IMG/VR virus record: IMGVR_UViG_3300020048_000014
Coordinates: 1 to 64,000 of that record
Reading direction: 5' to 3' (one strand)
DNA length: 64,000 nt
From: a virus
A model generated the notes under the pieces. That model was not told where the DNA came from. It saw nothing but the letters and a program-made list of their open reading frames with translations, and did no database searches. The first letter of the stretch is position 1. Every line of letters begins with the position of its first letter. Below, in pieces: positions 30,300 through 40,553 of this stretch. Both the position numbers and the translations under genes were made by a program.

Positions 30300-31301
30300 T
30301 CAGCCTACTTCAACATAAGTCACCCCATCATTAGTCCAGAAATATACTCCTAAAGATTGAAGAGCATCCAATACTTGTTGCTTAGTAGCCCATCCCGGCG
30401 AGAAACTATTCTGAATTTGTCGAAGTGTTACTTCATCGAAACCTTCATCATTTTTATTAGATAGATAACGTTCAACACGATCAATGAACTCATTACGTTC
30501 CCTTACTTCACTAACGACAATTGAATCGGTTCCATCTTCATCGACAACAGATGCGGTGATTTCTTCTACAAAATCTGAAATAACTTCATATTTAGATACA
30601 CGACACTTTTGACAATCGTAATCACTAGGAACCGATACTACATCGGCAGGATTGACCTTGACTACTACTAACCGTGACGCGAATCCTCTAGCATATTCAA
30701 GAGAACCACAATGCAATCCCTTAGAACAATGCTTATTGCGATCATCATCAACATCACGACGACGAACCTCAATCACTGCGCCCACACTATTAAGGATATG
30801 TCCTGAACTATTCACAGTTCCTTGTAATACCTTAGTTTCAGTATTACCATGTGAAGAGAAGTAGTCCGATTGAACCCCCTTATATGCCAAGAAGCATCCA
30901 TCTTCAGTGATAGGAAGTTCCTTATAGTCCAAGAACTGTGTGAGTTCTTCAATACTCTTAGAGCTAGGATTCTTCTCTAGATTCTCCCAGAACTTCTCAA
31001 AGTGCTCCAATGGTAATCCATCAGCAATGATGGATAGAACCTTGTCAGAGAAAGCCTTGGGAAGCTTCTCACCTTTATAGAAGATCTCTTCACCTTGGAT
31101 ATCGAATCCTTCAGTTTCTTCGATAACCTTATCAACTTTAACAATAGTATTCAGAATACTTTCGACTTCTGATTCTTGTTGATCCTTTGGAAGTTGAAAG
31201 ACTTGAAGAATCTTAGGATACTTACGGTCTGTCTTCTCGACCCGGATATTCTTTCCATTAATGAAAAGAATAATTGCTTCTGTATTAATTGCGTATTTCA
31301 T
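30300..31301 (-). CDS. rIIB: rIIB-like protein
   Basis: LPITEDGCFLAYKGV, CSKGLH.GS.EYA, VKVNPADVVSVP. Confidence 0.88.
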   Translation of the reverse strand: MKYAINTEAIILFINGKNIRVEKTDRKYPKILQVFQLPKDQQESEVESILNTIVKVDKVIEETEGFDIQGEEIFYKGEKLPKAFSDKVLSIIADGLPLEHFEKFWENLEKNPSSKSIEELTQFLDYKELPITEDGCFLAYKGVQSDYFSSHGNTETKVLQGTVNSSGHILNSVGAVIEVRRRDVDDDRNKHCSKGLHCGSLEYARGFASRLVVVKVNPADVVSVPSDYDCQKCRVSKYEVISDFVEEITASVVDEDGTDSIVVSEVRERNEFIDRVERYLSNKNDEGFDEVTLRQIQNSFSPGWATKQQVLDALQSLGVYFWTNDGVTYVEVG

Positions 31302-31347
31302 ATCTGTGTTTATTATATACTAGTGTTTTATAATGTCAATTCATTTA

Positions 31348-33228
31348 TTATTGCATTTTCAGAATCTTACGAAGATCTTCTCTTGTCACCTTAGAATTAT
31401 AATTATAATTGTCCATACAATTAAGGATTCTAGCTCTGGTGCTGTTCTCTCGCAAGATAAGATTTTTAACTTTATTAAGTTTAGAGATATTATCAGGATT
31501 TTTACCAATAACTTTGATAGTCCTCAATGAGGGATTCACCATACGGAACAGTGCAACTTTGACTTGATATGCAGCATTCTGCATGTTTTCCTTGATCTTT
31601 TCTTCTGCACGGATCTCTGCAAGACGTTGAGTGTATTCAGTTGAATTTGGAGTAAACCACCCAAGTTCGATCAACTGGTCATACATTTTTTTAGAGTTAC
31701 AGATCCAAAAACGATTGGATGATCCATAATCATTAGTAAGACCAATCACCCGCATTTTAAGGAGGTCGGAGTTGGTAATCTTCTTTTCCCATCCATCGGA
31801 AATACCTTCATCATTGAAATGTTTCTCAGTGACATATTCATCAAGATCTTCTGCTGTATACGATCCATGTTTGCTCCCATTTAAAAATACAAGATACTCC
31901 GCAGTCCCTGATTGTTTAGGGAGTTTAGGGAGTCCAAGTTGTTTAACATCGACAAATGTAACATCAGATAGATCGAGAGTATCACTCGATACACAATCAT
32001 TAGACGGTTTAAGCATCCAAATGATTTGAGTATTTGGAAAAATTTGACCGATAAACTTATCTAGGCGACTGATCCAAGACTTATACGATTTAATATTAGG
32101 AATGAGGTAGATGGTATATTTACCATTCGTAATATTATGATTGTAACCAGTGTGTAGAAATTCCAGTTTTTTACGAAGATTCCAAGAATCCGGGAAAGTA
32201 TTCGAAAAAGAATATGTAAACCACTCCCCCTCATAGTTTGAGTTATGATTATAGGTGAGAACGGATGCGCCAAACTTAGGAGTCACGATCTTGGCTTTAT
32301 CCTCATCCATCAATTGATTTAGAGCTAGTTGAATCTCATCAAGAACCTTACGATTTGATGGAGTATCTTCGATGTCTTCACGGGAGATTGGCACAGTGAG
32401 TTTACCAATAGGCACATCGACCACAATCTTACTACGACAAGATTGAATCTTTAAATTAGAATTGGAACGATAGATAATTCCACCCATACGAATAGCCACA
32501 CTCGAAGTGTAGTAATCAAAATCGTTATCATACTTATTGATAGTATAGCCATTAATGACTTTAGATAGTAATGGCTTAAATGGCGTGTTCACAGCACCAT
32601 GCTGATTCGTAAAAATAATATTAGAATCAGGTAGAAAGTTGGTTACAAATTTTTGAGTGGTCGATTGGAAATCGTAATACTTATTACTAACATCCAAAGA
32701 TACTTCTAGCCCAGATTCAGTAGTTGGTTCTGGATCAGATACCTTATAAATTTCTCCAACAGAAACACCAGAATCACCAGCACCAAGGATACAAGCATAT
32801 TGTGTCTTGAACCCTTCATGATATGATGTGATATAAAATGTATCAGATACTGCAAATGGACTAAGCGCACCAATACCAAATCCACCGACTTGATTATTAT
32901 TATCACGCTTATCACTTCCACCATACATGCCGTAGATATTACGAATAGAGTCTTCACTTAGACCCTTGGCATAATCCCTAGAACTCCACACGTATTGACC
33001 ATTGATATTCTCAATCTTAACCTCTACGGCTTTAGTAATACCATATTTCACATGTTCATCTTGAGAGTTAGTGATAGTTTCACGAACGCATGCAAGAACC
33101 TTATTGGTATAAATTTTATCACGAAGATAGCTTGCGAGCATATCTCCAGCACCTTGAGCAACACCCATTTTGGATACTGCCATGTCTTCCGATGCGATAG
33201 TAGGCGAATTCTTAAATTGTAGTTTCAT
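31348..33228 (-). CDS. rIIA: rIIA-like protein (GHKL ATPase N-terminus)
   Basis: IYTNKVLACVRE...NSQD, RDYAKGL, GGFGIG..SPF; adjacent to rIIB. Confidence 0.88.
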   Translation of the reverse strand: MKLQFKNSPTIASEDMAVSKMGVAQGAGDMLASYLRDKIYTNKVLACVRETITNSQDEHVKYGITKAVEVKIENINGQYVWSSRDYAKGLSEDSIRNIYGMYGGSDKRDNNNQVGGFGIGALSPFAVSDTFYITSYHEGFKTQYACILGAGDSGVSVGEIYKVSDPEPTTESGLEVSLDVSNKYYDFQSTTQKFVTNFLPDSNIIFTNQHGAVNTPFKPLLSKVINGYTINKYDNDFDYYTSSVAIRMGGIIYRSNSNLKIQSCRSKIVVDVPIGKLTVPISREDIEDTPSNRKVLDEIQLALNQLMDEDKAKIVTPKFGASVLTYNHNSNYEGEWFTYSFSNTFPDSWNLRKKLEFLHTGYNHNITNGKYTIYLIPNIKSYKSWISRLDKFIGQIFPNTQIIWMLKPSNDCVSSDTLDLSDVTFVDVKQLGLPKLPKQSGTAEYLVFLNGSKHGSYTAEDLDEYVTEKHFNDEGISDGWEKKITNSDLLKMRVIGLTNDYGSSNRFWICNSKKMYDQLIELGWFTPNSTEYTQRLAEIRAEEKIKENMQNAAYQVKVALFRMVNPSLRTIKVIGKNPDNISKLNKVKNLILRENSTRARILNCMDNYNYNSKVTREDLRKILKMQ

Positions 33229-33254
33229 AATGTGATGTAATTATAGATTAGTGT

Positions 33255-33740
33255 TTAATTGCTTTTCTTGAGGAGAATTTGTTTTTCGTGTTGAAGCATT
33301 TTGAATTTCTGATTATATGCCCAAATAACAACCTTTAAGTTTTTATCTGTAAGTCCATTACCAGTCTCGGATGTGAGAACGCCCATTATCAATTTTTGGT
33401 TATCTTTCAAATCTTGAACAGTCTTATTCAAACTAATGAGTCGTTTTTGTTTTTCTTCCTGATTCATATAAGTATTATAGATTAGTGTTTAATCAGATTG
33501 TTTTCTGTCCAGTAATCACTCATAACAAAGTTTGTAGTTTTTAGGATTTTCTAAAACGAAAAAATCAAAATGACCATCCTCTTGTAACCCATCAATAACT
33601 CTTTGAATGTAGAATTCGGTTTCGTCAAACACCAAAGTTATTAGTTTACCAGTCACATAATTTCTATATTCAATGACAGTATTATTTTCCACAGATTCCT
33701 CGGAATAATGCTTTAAAGACTTGCCATACACCGTAGACAC
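33255..33740 (-). other. Two small hypothetical genes
   Basis: 33255-33467, 33516-33740. Confidence 0.65.
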
Positions 33741-33782
33741 AATATTTAATTGATTTCAGTTGCTTCATATTTTTATTATAGT

Positions 33783-34262
33783 TTAGTGTTTAATGGATAC
33801 AATCCAGTCTGGTTGTTCTCTATTAGTCCATTTGAAGATATGCCTTTTATCGCCATTATAATAATTGTGATATGATTGAACGGGATCACTAGTTTTATAT
33901 TGATCAGGCATAGCCAATGCAAACTCTGTCATGCCGACTTTAGGAAAAGATAGAAGATGGCGATTGTCTGCTACCCATTTGAGTAGTAGAGAACTAGCAT
34001 GGACTTTATCATATCGAATGATATTCTCTTTACTAAGAGCAAAGACATAATCGACCACGTATTGAAAATTATCCTTCGAAGCTCTAGTGAAGATACTACA
34101 TGGATGATTTACATGGGTTGATCGATAAGGAGCATCTACACCTTGATAATGGAAGGTAGTGCAAATAAGTTGCATTGCTTCTAGGATCATTTTACCCACA
34201 TGTTTATCCACATGATACTGAGCATTTTTATCGATATTGTTGTCTAAAATAAATAGGTTCAT
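33783..34262 (-). CDS. Pyrimidine-dimer glycosylase (DenV)-like protein (start revised)
   Basis: MNLFIL...DKHVGKMILE..Q, H.NHPC. Confidence 0.75.
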   Translation of the reverse strand: MNLFILDNNIDKNAQYHVDKHVGKMILEAMQLICTTFHYQGVDAPYRSTHVNHPCSIFTRASKDNFQYVVDYVFALSKENIIRYDKVHASSLLLKWVADNRHLLSFPKVGMTEFALAMPDQYKTSDPVQSYHNYYNGDKRHIFKWTNREQPDWIVSIKH

Positions 34263-34284
34263 ATTGAGATTATATATTAGTGTT

Positions 34285-35368
34285 TTATCGCTCACAAAAT
34301 CTAAGACTTTCATTGATTTCTGTATTGGGCAGTTCCCATTTAGAAATTTCCTTGGAATTGAGAGGACGGATATGGCGAGCATTAATATAATGCCTGCAAT
34401 TCTTGCCATCTTTAGGAGCCGGATAGATTACAAATGTCTCTCCTCGATGATAAGAACCATAATCTGATTCATGATTCAAAAAGAATACCCTTGATGTTCC
34501 TACTTCCGCTTTATCGACAGGTGCTTTGAAAAACAATCCATTATGCTTAAAGATAACATTATCCTCTACGAAAGTTACACGGACCTTATTATTATCTTTC
34601 TTCCACTTGGAAATTTTATTCTCACCAAGGATACCATTCAACACATAAAATCCACGAACTTCTTGAACACCACAATATCCAATAGATACAATCTCCCCAT
34701 CTTGTTCAAAGGCATGGAGATCGACCCTCCATTTGAGGTTATCATCATGGCCGATTTTATCCACCACTATAGAATAAACATCGTCCCACTTATCTCCAAT
34801 ATGTTTTCTGAGAAGACGATCAAGAGCATTGGAGGGATATTTTGACCGATAGGCCAAATTATTTGATCCCCGTGAAGCAAGCTCATCCAAAGATTCATCA
34901 TCCTTGATCTGATGAATCTTTGGATCTTTTCTGATCATATCATCATAATCACTTCGACTACTTCTAAAGTAATCTTTCTTCTTATGTTTGTCAGGCTTCA
35001 TATGAGTATTGTAATTTAGTGTTTAATCACCATTCCACGTAAACGTAACTATCAGTAATCTTTTTCTTCTTAGCAGAATCAGACACATCCCTCAGATACT
35101 TCAAGCATATATCACCACTAGGAAATCCACAAACTCCTTCGATCTTGATATCTCCGTCCATATTAACCTTACCGAAACACATCATCTCTTCAAAGTTTGT
35201 AAGAATATTAATTATTCTGAAATTACTCCAAAGCAAGTTTCTACTGATCTTGATAAGAGGAATTAGCTCTTGATATGATAATGCATCGAAAGATGCCCAA
35301 TCATCCACAAAATGGGATGGTTTTAGATTAAAGGTTTTCAGAAATTCATTCATAATAATGACGCACAC
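34285..35368 (-). other. Two hypothetical genes
   Basis: 34285-35001, 35027-35368. Confidence 0.75.
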
Positions 35369-35394
35369 CCATCAATTTTCATGATGGGTGTGCG
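35362..35394. terminator. Hairpin after the NAMPT-like gene
   Basis: cgcacacccatca / tgatgggtgtgcg. Confidence 0.6.
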
Positions 35395-35413
35395 GGTTAG
35401 CTCCATCACTTCT

Positions 35414-36919
35414 TTAGAAGTTTTTTGCGACACGTTCACGGATCTCACTTAGAGTCTGATCATGTGTCAAAATACCATCAAGAAAAACGGTTTTAAGTTC
35501 GCCTCCAGATTCCTCTTCTTCTGTGCATTGGTCCTTTAAAACATATTCACCATCTATTAGATCAACTCTTAGACGACCTTTGGCAGATTTTTTGAGTCCA
35601 TCGTCTGTGATGGGATCTTTATAAATATCATAACCAACACCATCAACCTGCGCCCATGTCGCTTTAATAGCCATTCCGAGGCAATCACGGGTCAATAGGT
35701 TTAAAGTATAAGACCCCACACCGAATACGATATTATTAGATGCAAATCCTTTTTCTTTAAGACGGGTTAAAATATCAAATGCTCTTTGTTGAGTGATGGA
35801 ATCCCCATAAATTAGGCCCACTCGTTGATTCAGCATCTTATAACCTTGTTCAGATACAGTTCCACCGAAAATTTCCCACAGACATTCGACAGAACCTTTA
35901 TATTCATTACTACCCACGGGAGCAGTTGGATCACCACAAATAATATGAACAGGATTACCACTATCAGGTCTAAACACAACTTTAGCTAACCCAAGTTCAT
36001 TAGGTTGCCGATTTAAAATATCATCTTTAAGGATAGTTGCATACTCTGTGATAACTTTAAAATAGTCATAGGTGTCGCTCACAAGACTAACAATTCCAGT
36101 AGGGTAATGTTTTGTGATAGCATCTCTAAAGAATTCTAATTCTCCCGTCAATGCAGTTCCGAGACTACTCACACTATGTTCCGATGCTGGGACAGATGCT
36201 GCAATAAGTTCTTTATCAGCGTCGGCATTGTAATAATCTTCCAGTAGATCAATAGCTGGAATCGTATCGGTCCCCATAAAGCTTAGAAGGAATGCCGCGC
36301 CATTGATAGCAGAATCATGTCTACCACTCATACCACGAAATTCGAACCCATGTCCTTGAAAACATACCCCATCAGTATTACCAACGGTTTCCATCGCAAA
36401 CTTGTTAAACATTTTACGAAATTCAAATGCAATAGTGGCATTAGTGATAGGTTTCCAAGTTTCACAAGAAATAATAGTTTCAAGATAGTTAGTCAACCAA
36501 GCAAATTTAGGGTGAGTATTGGTGATGGTGAAATAAGGAACTTTAACATTAACCCTGCTACCTTCCGGTAACGCTTTGATACGAATTGGTAGATATCCAA
36601 GATCATGCAGTTCCTCAAATCGGGTCATATCGACGTTATCTTTACCTAGATATGCATCACAACGACGTTTAAATTTCTTAATGACAGTTTCCTTTGGAAG
36701 ATTGAAAAATCCATCATTGTAATCATTAATTAAAAAGTCTATAATGAAGTGTTGCAATCCGAAAATTACAGATTTATCGTCATAAAATTCTTTAAGAACT
36801 GGTAGGTAGCTACTATCTCTGGGTGTTTGGTTGGCATAGATATACTCCGTCAATGGGTCCATGAACCCGTGATGAGATAGTTTATATGCGTCCGTCTGTG
36901 TTAAGGGATTTGTAATCAT
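35414..36919 (-). CDS. nadV: Nicotinamide phosphoribosyltransferase-like protein (possible Namat; start revised)
   Basis: TDAYKLSH, VPASEHSV, VSDTYD, RPDSG, IYGDSIT, FGVGSY, KKSAKG. Confidence 0.92.
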   Translation of the reverse strand: MITNPLTQTDAYKLSHHGFMDPLTEYIYANQTPRDSSYLPVLKEFYDDKSVIFGLQHFIIDFLINDYNDGFFNLPKETVIKKFKRRCDAYLGKDNVDMTRFEELHDLGYLPIRIKALPEGSRVNVKVPYFTITNTHPKFAWLTNYLETIISCETWKPITNATIAFEFRKMFNKFAMETVGNTDGVCFQGHGFEFRGMSGRHDSAINGAAFLLSFMGTDTIPAIDLLEDYYNADADKELIAASVPASEHSVSSLGTALTGELEFFRDAITKHYPTGIVSLVSDTYDYFKVITEYATILKDDILNRQPNELGLAKVVFRPDSGNPVHIICGDPTAPVGSNEYKGSVECLWEIFGGTVSEQGYKMLNQRVGLIYGDSITQQRAFDILTRLKEKGFASNNIVFGVGSYTLNLLTRDCLGMAIKATWAQVDGVGYDIYKDPITDDGLKKSAKGRLRVDLIDGEYVLKDQCTEEEESGGELKTVFLDGILTHDQTLSEIRERVAKNF

Positions 36920-37054
36920 GTTATTTAATTTAATCCTCGCAAAGAGAAACCTTTTTACTAAATGATAGTATGAAGGAAAGAAAATGGACACGAGAAGAAG
37001 AGCAATTTCTTATTGAAAATTATGAATATATGAAAATTATATTTTAGTGTTTTA

Positions 37055-37495
37055 TTATAAAATCTCTAGATTATCTTCGACGAATTTTTTCGTGTTTGTA
37101 TACAACTCTCCTTTAGATCCGATAGCAACATAGTCAGGATAAGCTACATTATCAATTGTTCCTTCCAGAGTATCAATCTCGAATGGTTCAACACCTTCTG
37201 GGATTTCTACTAGTGTGGTAGTAGTCTTTTTAATGTATTGTGAGCGATCTCTAAGTTGCAGTTCATGCACAATCTCATATGTATCTCGAAACACATCAGC
37301 TTTGATTGGATATTCCTTACCATCAGGTTGAATGATGATCAAGTCCTCGTCAGGATTGCTCACAAGAGGCTTGTCTGACCATGCAACCTTAAATTCTTCT
37401 ATGCCGTTGCACGCACGAATCGTTACGGTTGTCTTTTTGCGGACAGTTACACGTTTCCAATCACTTGGAATATCTTCAGTTGTTTTTAGTTTCAT
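37055..37495 (-). CDS. Hypothetical protein with internal duplication
   Basis: 146-aa ORF between the NAD genes. Confidence 0.8.
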   Translation of the reverse strand: MKLKTTEDIPSDWKRVTVRKKTTVTIRACNGIEEFKVAWSDKPLVSNPDEDLIIIQPDGKEYPIKADVFRDTYEIVHELQLRDRSQYIKKTTTTLVEIPEGVEPFEIDTLEGTIDNVAYPDYVAIGSKGELYTNTKKFVEDNLEIL

Positions 37496-38409
37496 AGTTT
37501 AATATCAAAGCAAGTTACTTTACTTGGTAAAAAGGATAGTTCGCCCCAATTACGCTTAGAGTTAGTAGTGTAAAAGTGATCAAAATAGTTTACCATTTTA
37601 TCAAGTCCTTCCATACAGTCATTGTGTGCAGTGAATAACATCAGCTTACCGCAATTCTTTTCTTTTAGTTTTTCACCAAGACCAATGAACGTTCCACCCA
37701 TAGAGGTAATGTCATCAGTAATCAAACATGGATGCCCTTCCAAGTCATCAGCATCAACAAAGAACTCTTTGATACTTCCATCTCGCACATCTCGAATCTT
37801 TTCGCACCGCACAAGATTAAATTGCTTGATCTTAAATGTATTGCTCAAATGCTGAACAATTTTGTTTACTCGTTTTCCAGCTCCTGCATCTGGACAAACA
37901 ATGTTAAAGTGGCGTTCACCTTCACAAGAAGTTATAACTTTCTCCACATATTCCAATTCATCAAGAACAGTAACATTATTAATCAATGCTGGAGTCACTT
38001 CGCTATGAGGGCATAGGATGATCACTTCATCAAATCCACAACCATTAATCATATCAGTAAAGACTTTGATAGTCAATGGTTCACCTTCATTACATACTCG
38101 GTCTTGACGAGCAGCAGGGAAGTATGGTAGAATCAACTTAATGTCCCTAAAGCCCATCCTGCGAGCAGCATCATTAGCGAGAATGATGTCGAATAGATCG
38201 CCAATCTTATTGTATCGTTGAGTAATAATAAGATTGGATTGTGCAGTAAACTCGCATACCGTTGTAATTTGAAAATGTGGTTCTCCGCCCTTGAAGTCAA
38301 ATTTCTTATGATCTAGTCCCACCCCATCCTTGTAGGGTGAGAAGTCTTTATCTAAATTTAAGATATAGGGAAATTCGGATTCAGCTTTCCAGTGAATGTG
38401 TTGACGCAT
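37492..38409 (-). CDS. prs: Ribose-phosphate pyrophosphokinase-like protein (possible Adps)
   Basis: FKGGEPH, LPYFPAARQDRV, CPDAGA, ITDDI..GGTF. Confidence 0.88.
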   Translation of the reverse strand: MRQHIHWKAESEFPYILNLDKDFSPYKDGVGLDHKKFDFKGGEPHFQITTVCEFTAQSNLIITQRYNKIGDLFDIILANDAARRMGFRDIKLILPYFPAARQDRVCNEGEPLTIKVFTDMINGCGFDEVIILCPHSEVTPALINNVTVLDELEYVEKVITSCEGERHFNIVCPDAGAGKRVNKIVQHLSNTFKIKQFNLVRCEKIRDVRDGSIKEFFVDADDLEGHPCLITDDITSMGGTFIGLGEKLKEKNCGKLMLFTAHNDCMEGLDKMVNYFDHFYTTNSKRNWGELSFLPSKVTCFDIKL

Positions 38410-38444
38410 ATTAGTAGTGTATTATAGTGTTTTATTGATAAAAG

Positions 38445-38890
38445 GGGAATCCGGTTTCGAACTTCAAATCTTCAAATGATCTAAGGTTTGAGTTTTCAAC
38501 TTTTACAACTAACAGTCTGAGTTTTGATATCTAAGTTTTCACCACTAATCGAAATTAGTGTATGTCTTATCAGTATCATTATCGGGGGTCCGTTAAAGGT
38601 TCTTCTCACCAAATGGCGAGGGAGTTGTATTCGAGTCTTATCCACTCGAAACCGGAAATAGGTTTAGATTTCACAGGTCGCTCAATAATCACTATATCGT
38701 TCCACATGATATGATCGTTGGCCAAACGATGAGCCAAGGTGGATTGAATAAAGCTGGCAGCATTAAGCCTTTTACTTTAAGTAATATTGGGTCAAATTGC
38801 CCACGTTGAAGTCTAAAAGTTATATGGGTATGTAGGTTGTCATCCTACTACTGACGAAGCAATGTGTCGTCTACATAGACTACCCAAAAG
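38445..38890 (-). ncRNA. Candidate large structured non-coding RNA (about 445 nt)
   Basis: No ORF in track; many hairpins, a 4-way junction at 38826-38885 and an 11-bp long-range pairing 38450-38460 / 38646-38656. Confidence 0.6.
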
Positions 38891-38893
38891 TAT

Positions 38894-39355
38894 TTAAATT
38901 AAAGTTTTTTGATTAAAATCATCGATTTCATCCTGAAGATTTTCAATTAGCTTTTGAGCACCATCACGTAACTCTAGAATTTCTTTAGATGTGATACATG
39001 AATATTTATTGCAAGGAACTATCACATATTTACCCTCTCGATACTCTGACTTTTCAGTTGCCTCGACAGCAGGACCAGAATTTCTAAATTGATTCCAAAA
39101 AGCCAATTCAGATTTTGCCTCTGTAAGTTTAATCAACTTATCAGCAATCCCAATATTCGCCATTGCGATTTTAGTTTTCAAATCAATGAGATATGCCCAC
39201 TCTTCTTGAAGTTGACCTAAGAGGTCAATACTTGAAAGGTCAAGAACTTTACCTTCTTCATATGTATTAAATTCCTCTACTTGTTTTTGTAGTTTGGCAA
39301 TTTTACCAGAAATACGATTTTTTTCTTTTAGTGCTCGGGAGATGTTAAATTTCAT
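38894..39355 (-). CDS. Coiled-coil hypothetical protein
   Basis: MKFNISRALKEKNRISGKIAKLQKQ...IDDFN. Confidence 0.85.
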   Translation of the reverse strand: MKFNISRALKEKNRISGKIAKLQKQVEEFNTYEEGKVLDLSSIDLLGQLQEEWAYLIDLKTKIAMANIGIADKLIKLTEAKSELAFWNQFRNSGPAVEATEKSEYREGKYVIVPCNKYSCITSKEILELRDGAQKLIENLQDEIDDFNQKTLI

Positions 39356-39515
39356 ATTGTTTTTTTTCTATTCTAAAGTTGTGATTCATTATAAGTCCGG
39401 TTTCCCAAGAGTCAAGACATTCATTCCAAATATCTTGAATCGAATCATCTGGGCATCGAATACATTCTCTGATTGCGTCGGTAATTGATTCACATATTCG
39501 CTGTTCTTGATTCAT
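39345..39515 (-). CDS. Small hypothetical protein (start revised)
   Basis: MNQEQRICES... Confidence 0.6.
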   Translation of the reverse strand: MNQEQRICESITDAIRECIRCPDDSIQDIWNECLDSWETGLIMNHNFRIEKKQYEI

Positions 39516-39676
39516 ATTATTAAAAAATGGCAAAGGTTACTGACTTTTACAGTATTATTATATCCACGACCCTCGGCATGGTATATGTTTGATCCACATC
39601 ATTGGACGGTGTTGGAGAGCATGTTGGGTAATGATTCCAACAAACTTATTATATATTAGTGTTTAATCTGTCAAAA

Positions 39677-39751
39677 TGGCACCAAGGGCTAGAATCGAAC
39701 TACATCTTGGCTGTTACAAACAGCCTGCTCTACCAATTGAGCTACCTTGGT
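39677..39751 (-). tRNA. tRNA-Thr(TGT), CCA encoded, weak T stem
   Basis: accaagg/ccttggt acceptor; ggctg-tttgtaa-cagcc. Confidence 0.82.
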
Positions 39752-39756
39752 TTTAA

Positions 39757-39981
39757 TGAAATTGATTTAAAGTTTTGCTAATACGCCAAAAGAGAATTAG
39801 ACCTTACCATTTACGGGGTGTCCTTTTACTATCCACGATGATTTTCCAAAGAATATACGAATCACAGTCAATCACGAACTCATCATATATAGTGGAACAT
39901 TTCCACTGTCTTAGGAACGCTTCGCTCTACTTATTTTAAGCGATTGCTGCTTCTAAGCCAACGCCCTTTAAATCAATTTCA
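39757..39981 (-). ncRNA. Candidate ncRNA containing a 23S rRNA H43/H44 (L11-binding) mimic
   Basis: 16-bp perfect terminal inverted repeat; GTTGGCTTAGAAGCAGC at 39962-39946; H44-like gagttcgtgattgact at 39881-39866. Confidence 0.7.
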
Positions 39982-39988
39982 AAATTTA

Positions 39989-40550
39989 TCAATATGTATG
40001 AATTGCGTTATTTCGCAGTTCTACCCCCAGATCACGTGTATCAACATTAACCCACTCGCTCACATGTTGGTTCTTCTTAACGAGAACTCGTTGATTTCCG
40101 CCTAGTAGTCGGAAGCTGCCATCAGGATTACGTTCTGCCATGATCGAAAAGATCTTACGAGTCTTTAATTGATCAGGATTACGCATCCATGCTTTGTCTT
40201 TACGTGAACTAACGGCTGTCTTGGTTTTCTTTTTCATCGTCTGTGTTTTGTTTTGTTGTGTGTTCTGTGTCTTCATAATTTTAGTATTCTGGGTCAAAGT
40301 TCTGTCCATTTCCATTTTCTAAGAAGTGTTCGACTTCTAGCATATTTTGCAGGTCATTGCTCAATTCTCTATCTAGTTTACATTCTTTCAACAATATTTC
40401 AAGTTTTTTAATATGTTCATCGGTATTTTGATAATCACTTACATCATCCAATTTTTCCCGTAAAAACTTTATTTTTTTATTCCTTTGTTCTAATCTAAGG
40501 TATAATTCTTTGATTAATTCTGTGTATTCACTATCCTCTGTTTCGTTCAT
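39989..40550 (-). other. Two hypothetical genes (39989-40315 basic; 40281-40550 coiled-coil)
   Basis: ORF track; overlapping ends. Confidence 0.7.
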
Positions 40551-40553
40551 AAA

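Noticed and set aside
39820-39840. Sarcin-ricin loop mimic (tagtaaaaggac on the minus strand)
   Set aside because: Shares AGTA and GGAC but lacks the GAGA tetraloop spacing; too short to distinguish from chance.
39757-39981. Genuine 23S rRNA gene or contaminating rRNA fragment
   Set aside because: Similarity covers two short blocks split by an insert, carries compensatory changes and is enclosed by a non-rRNA stem.
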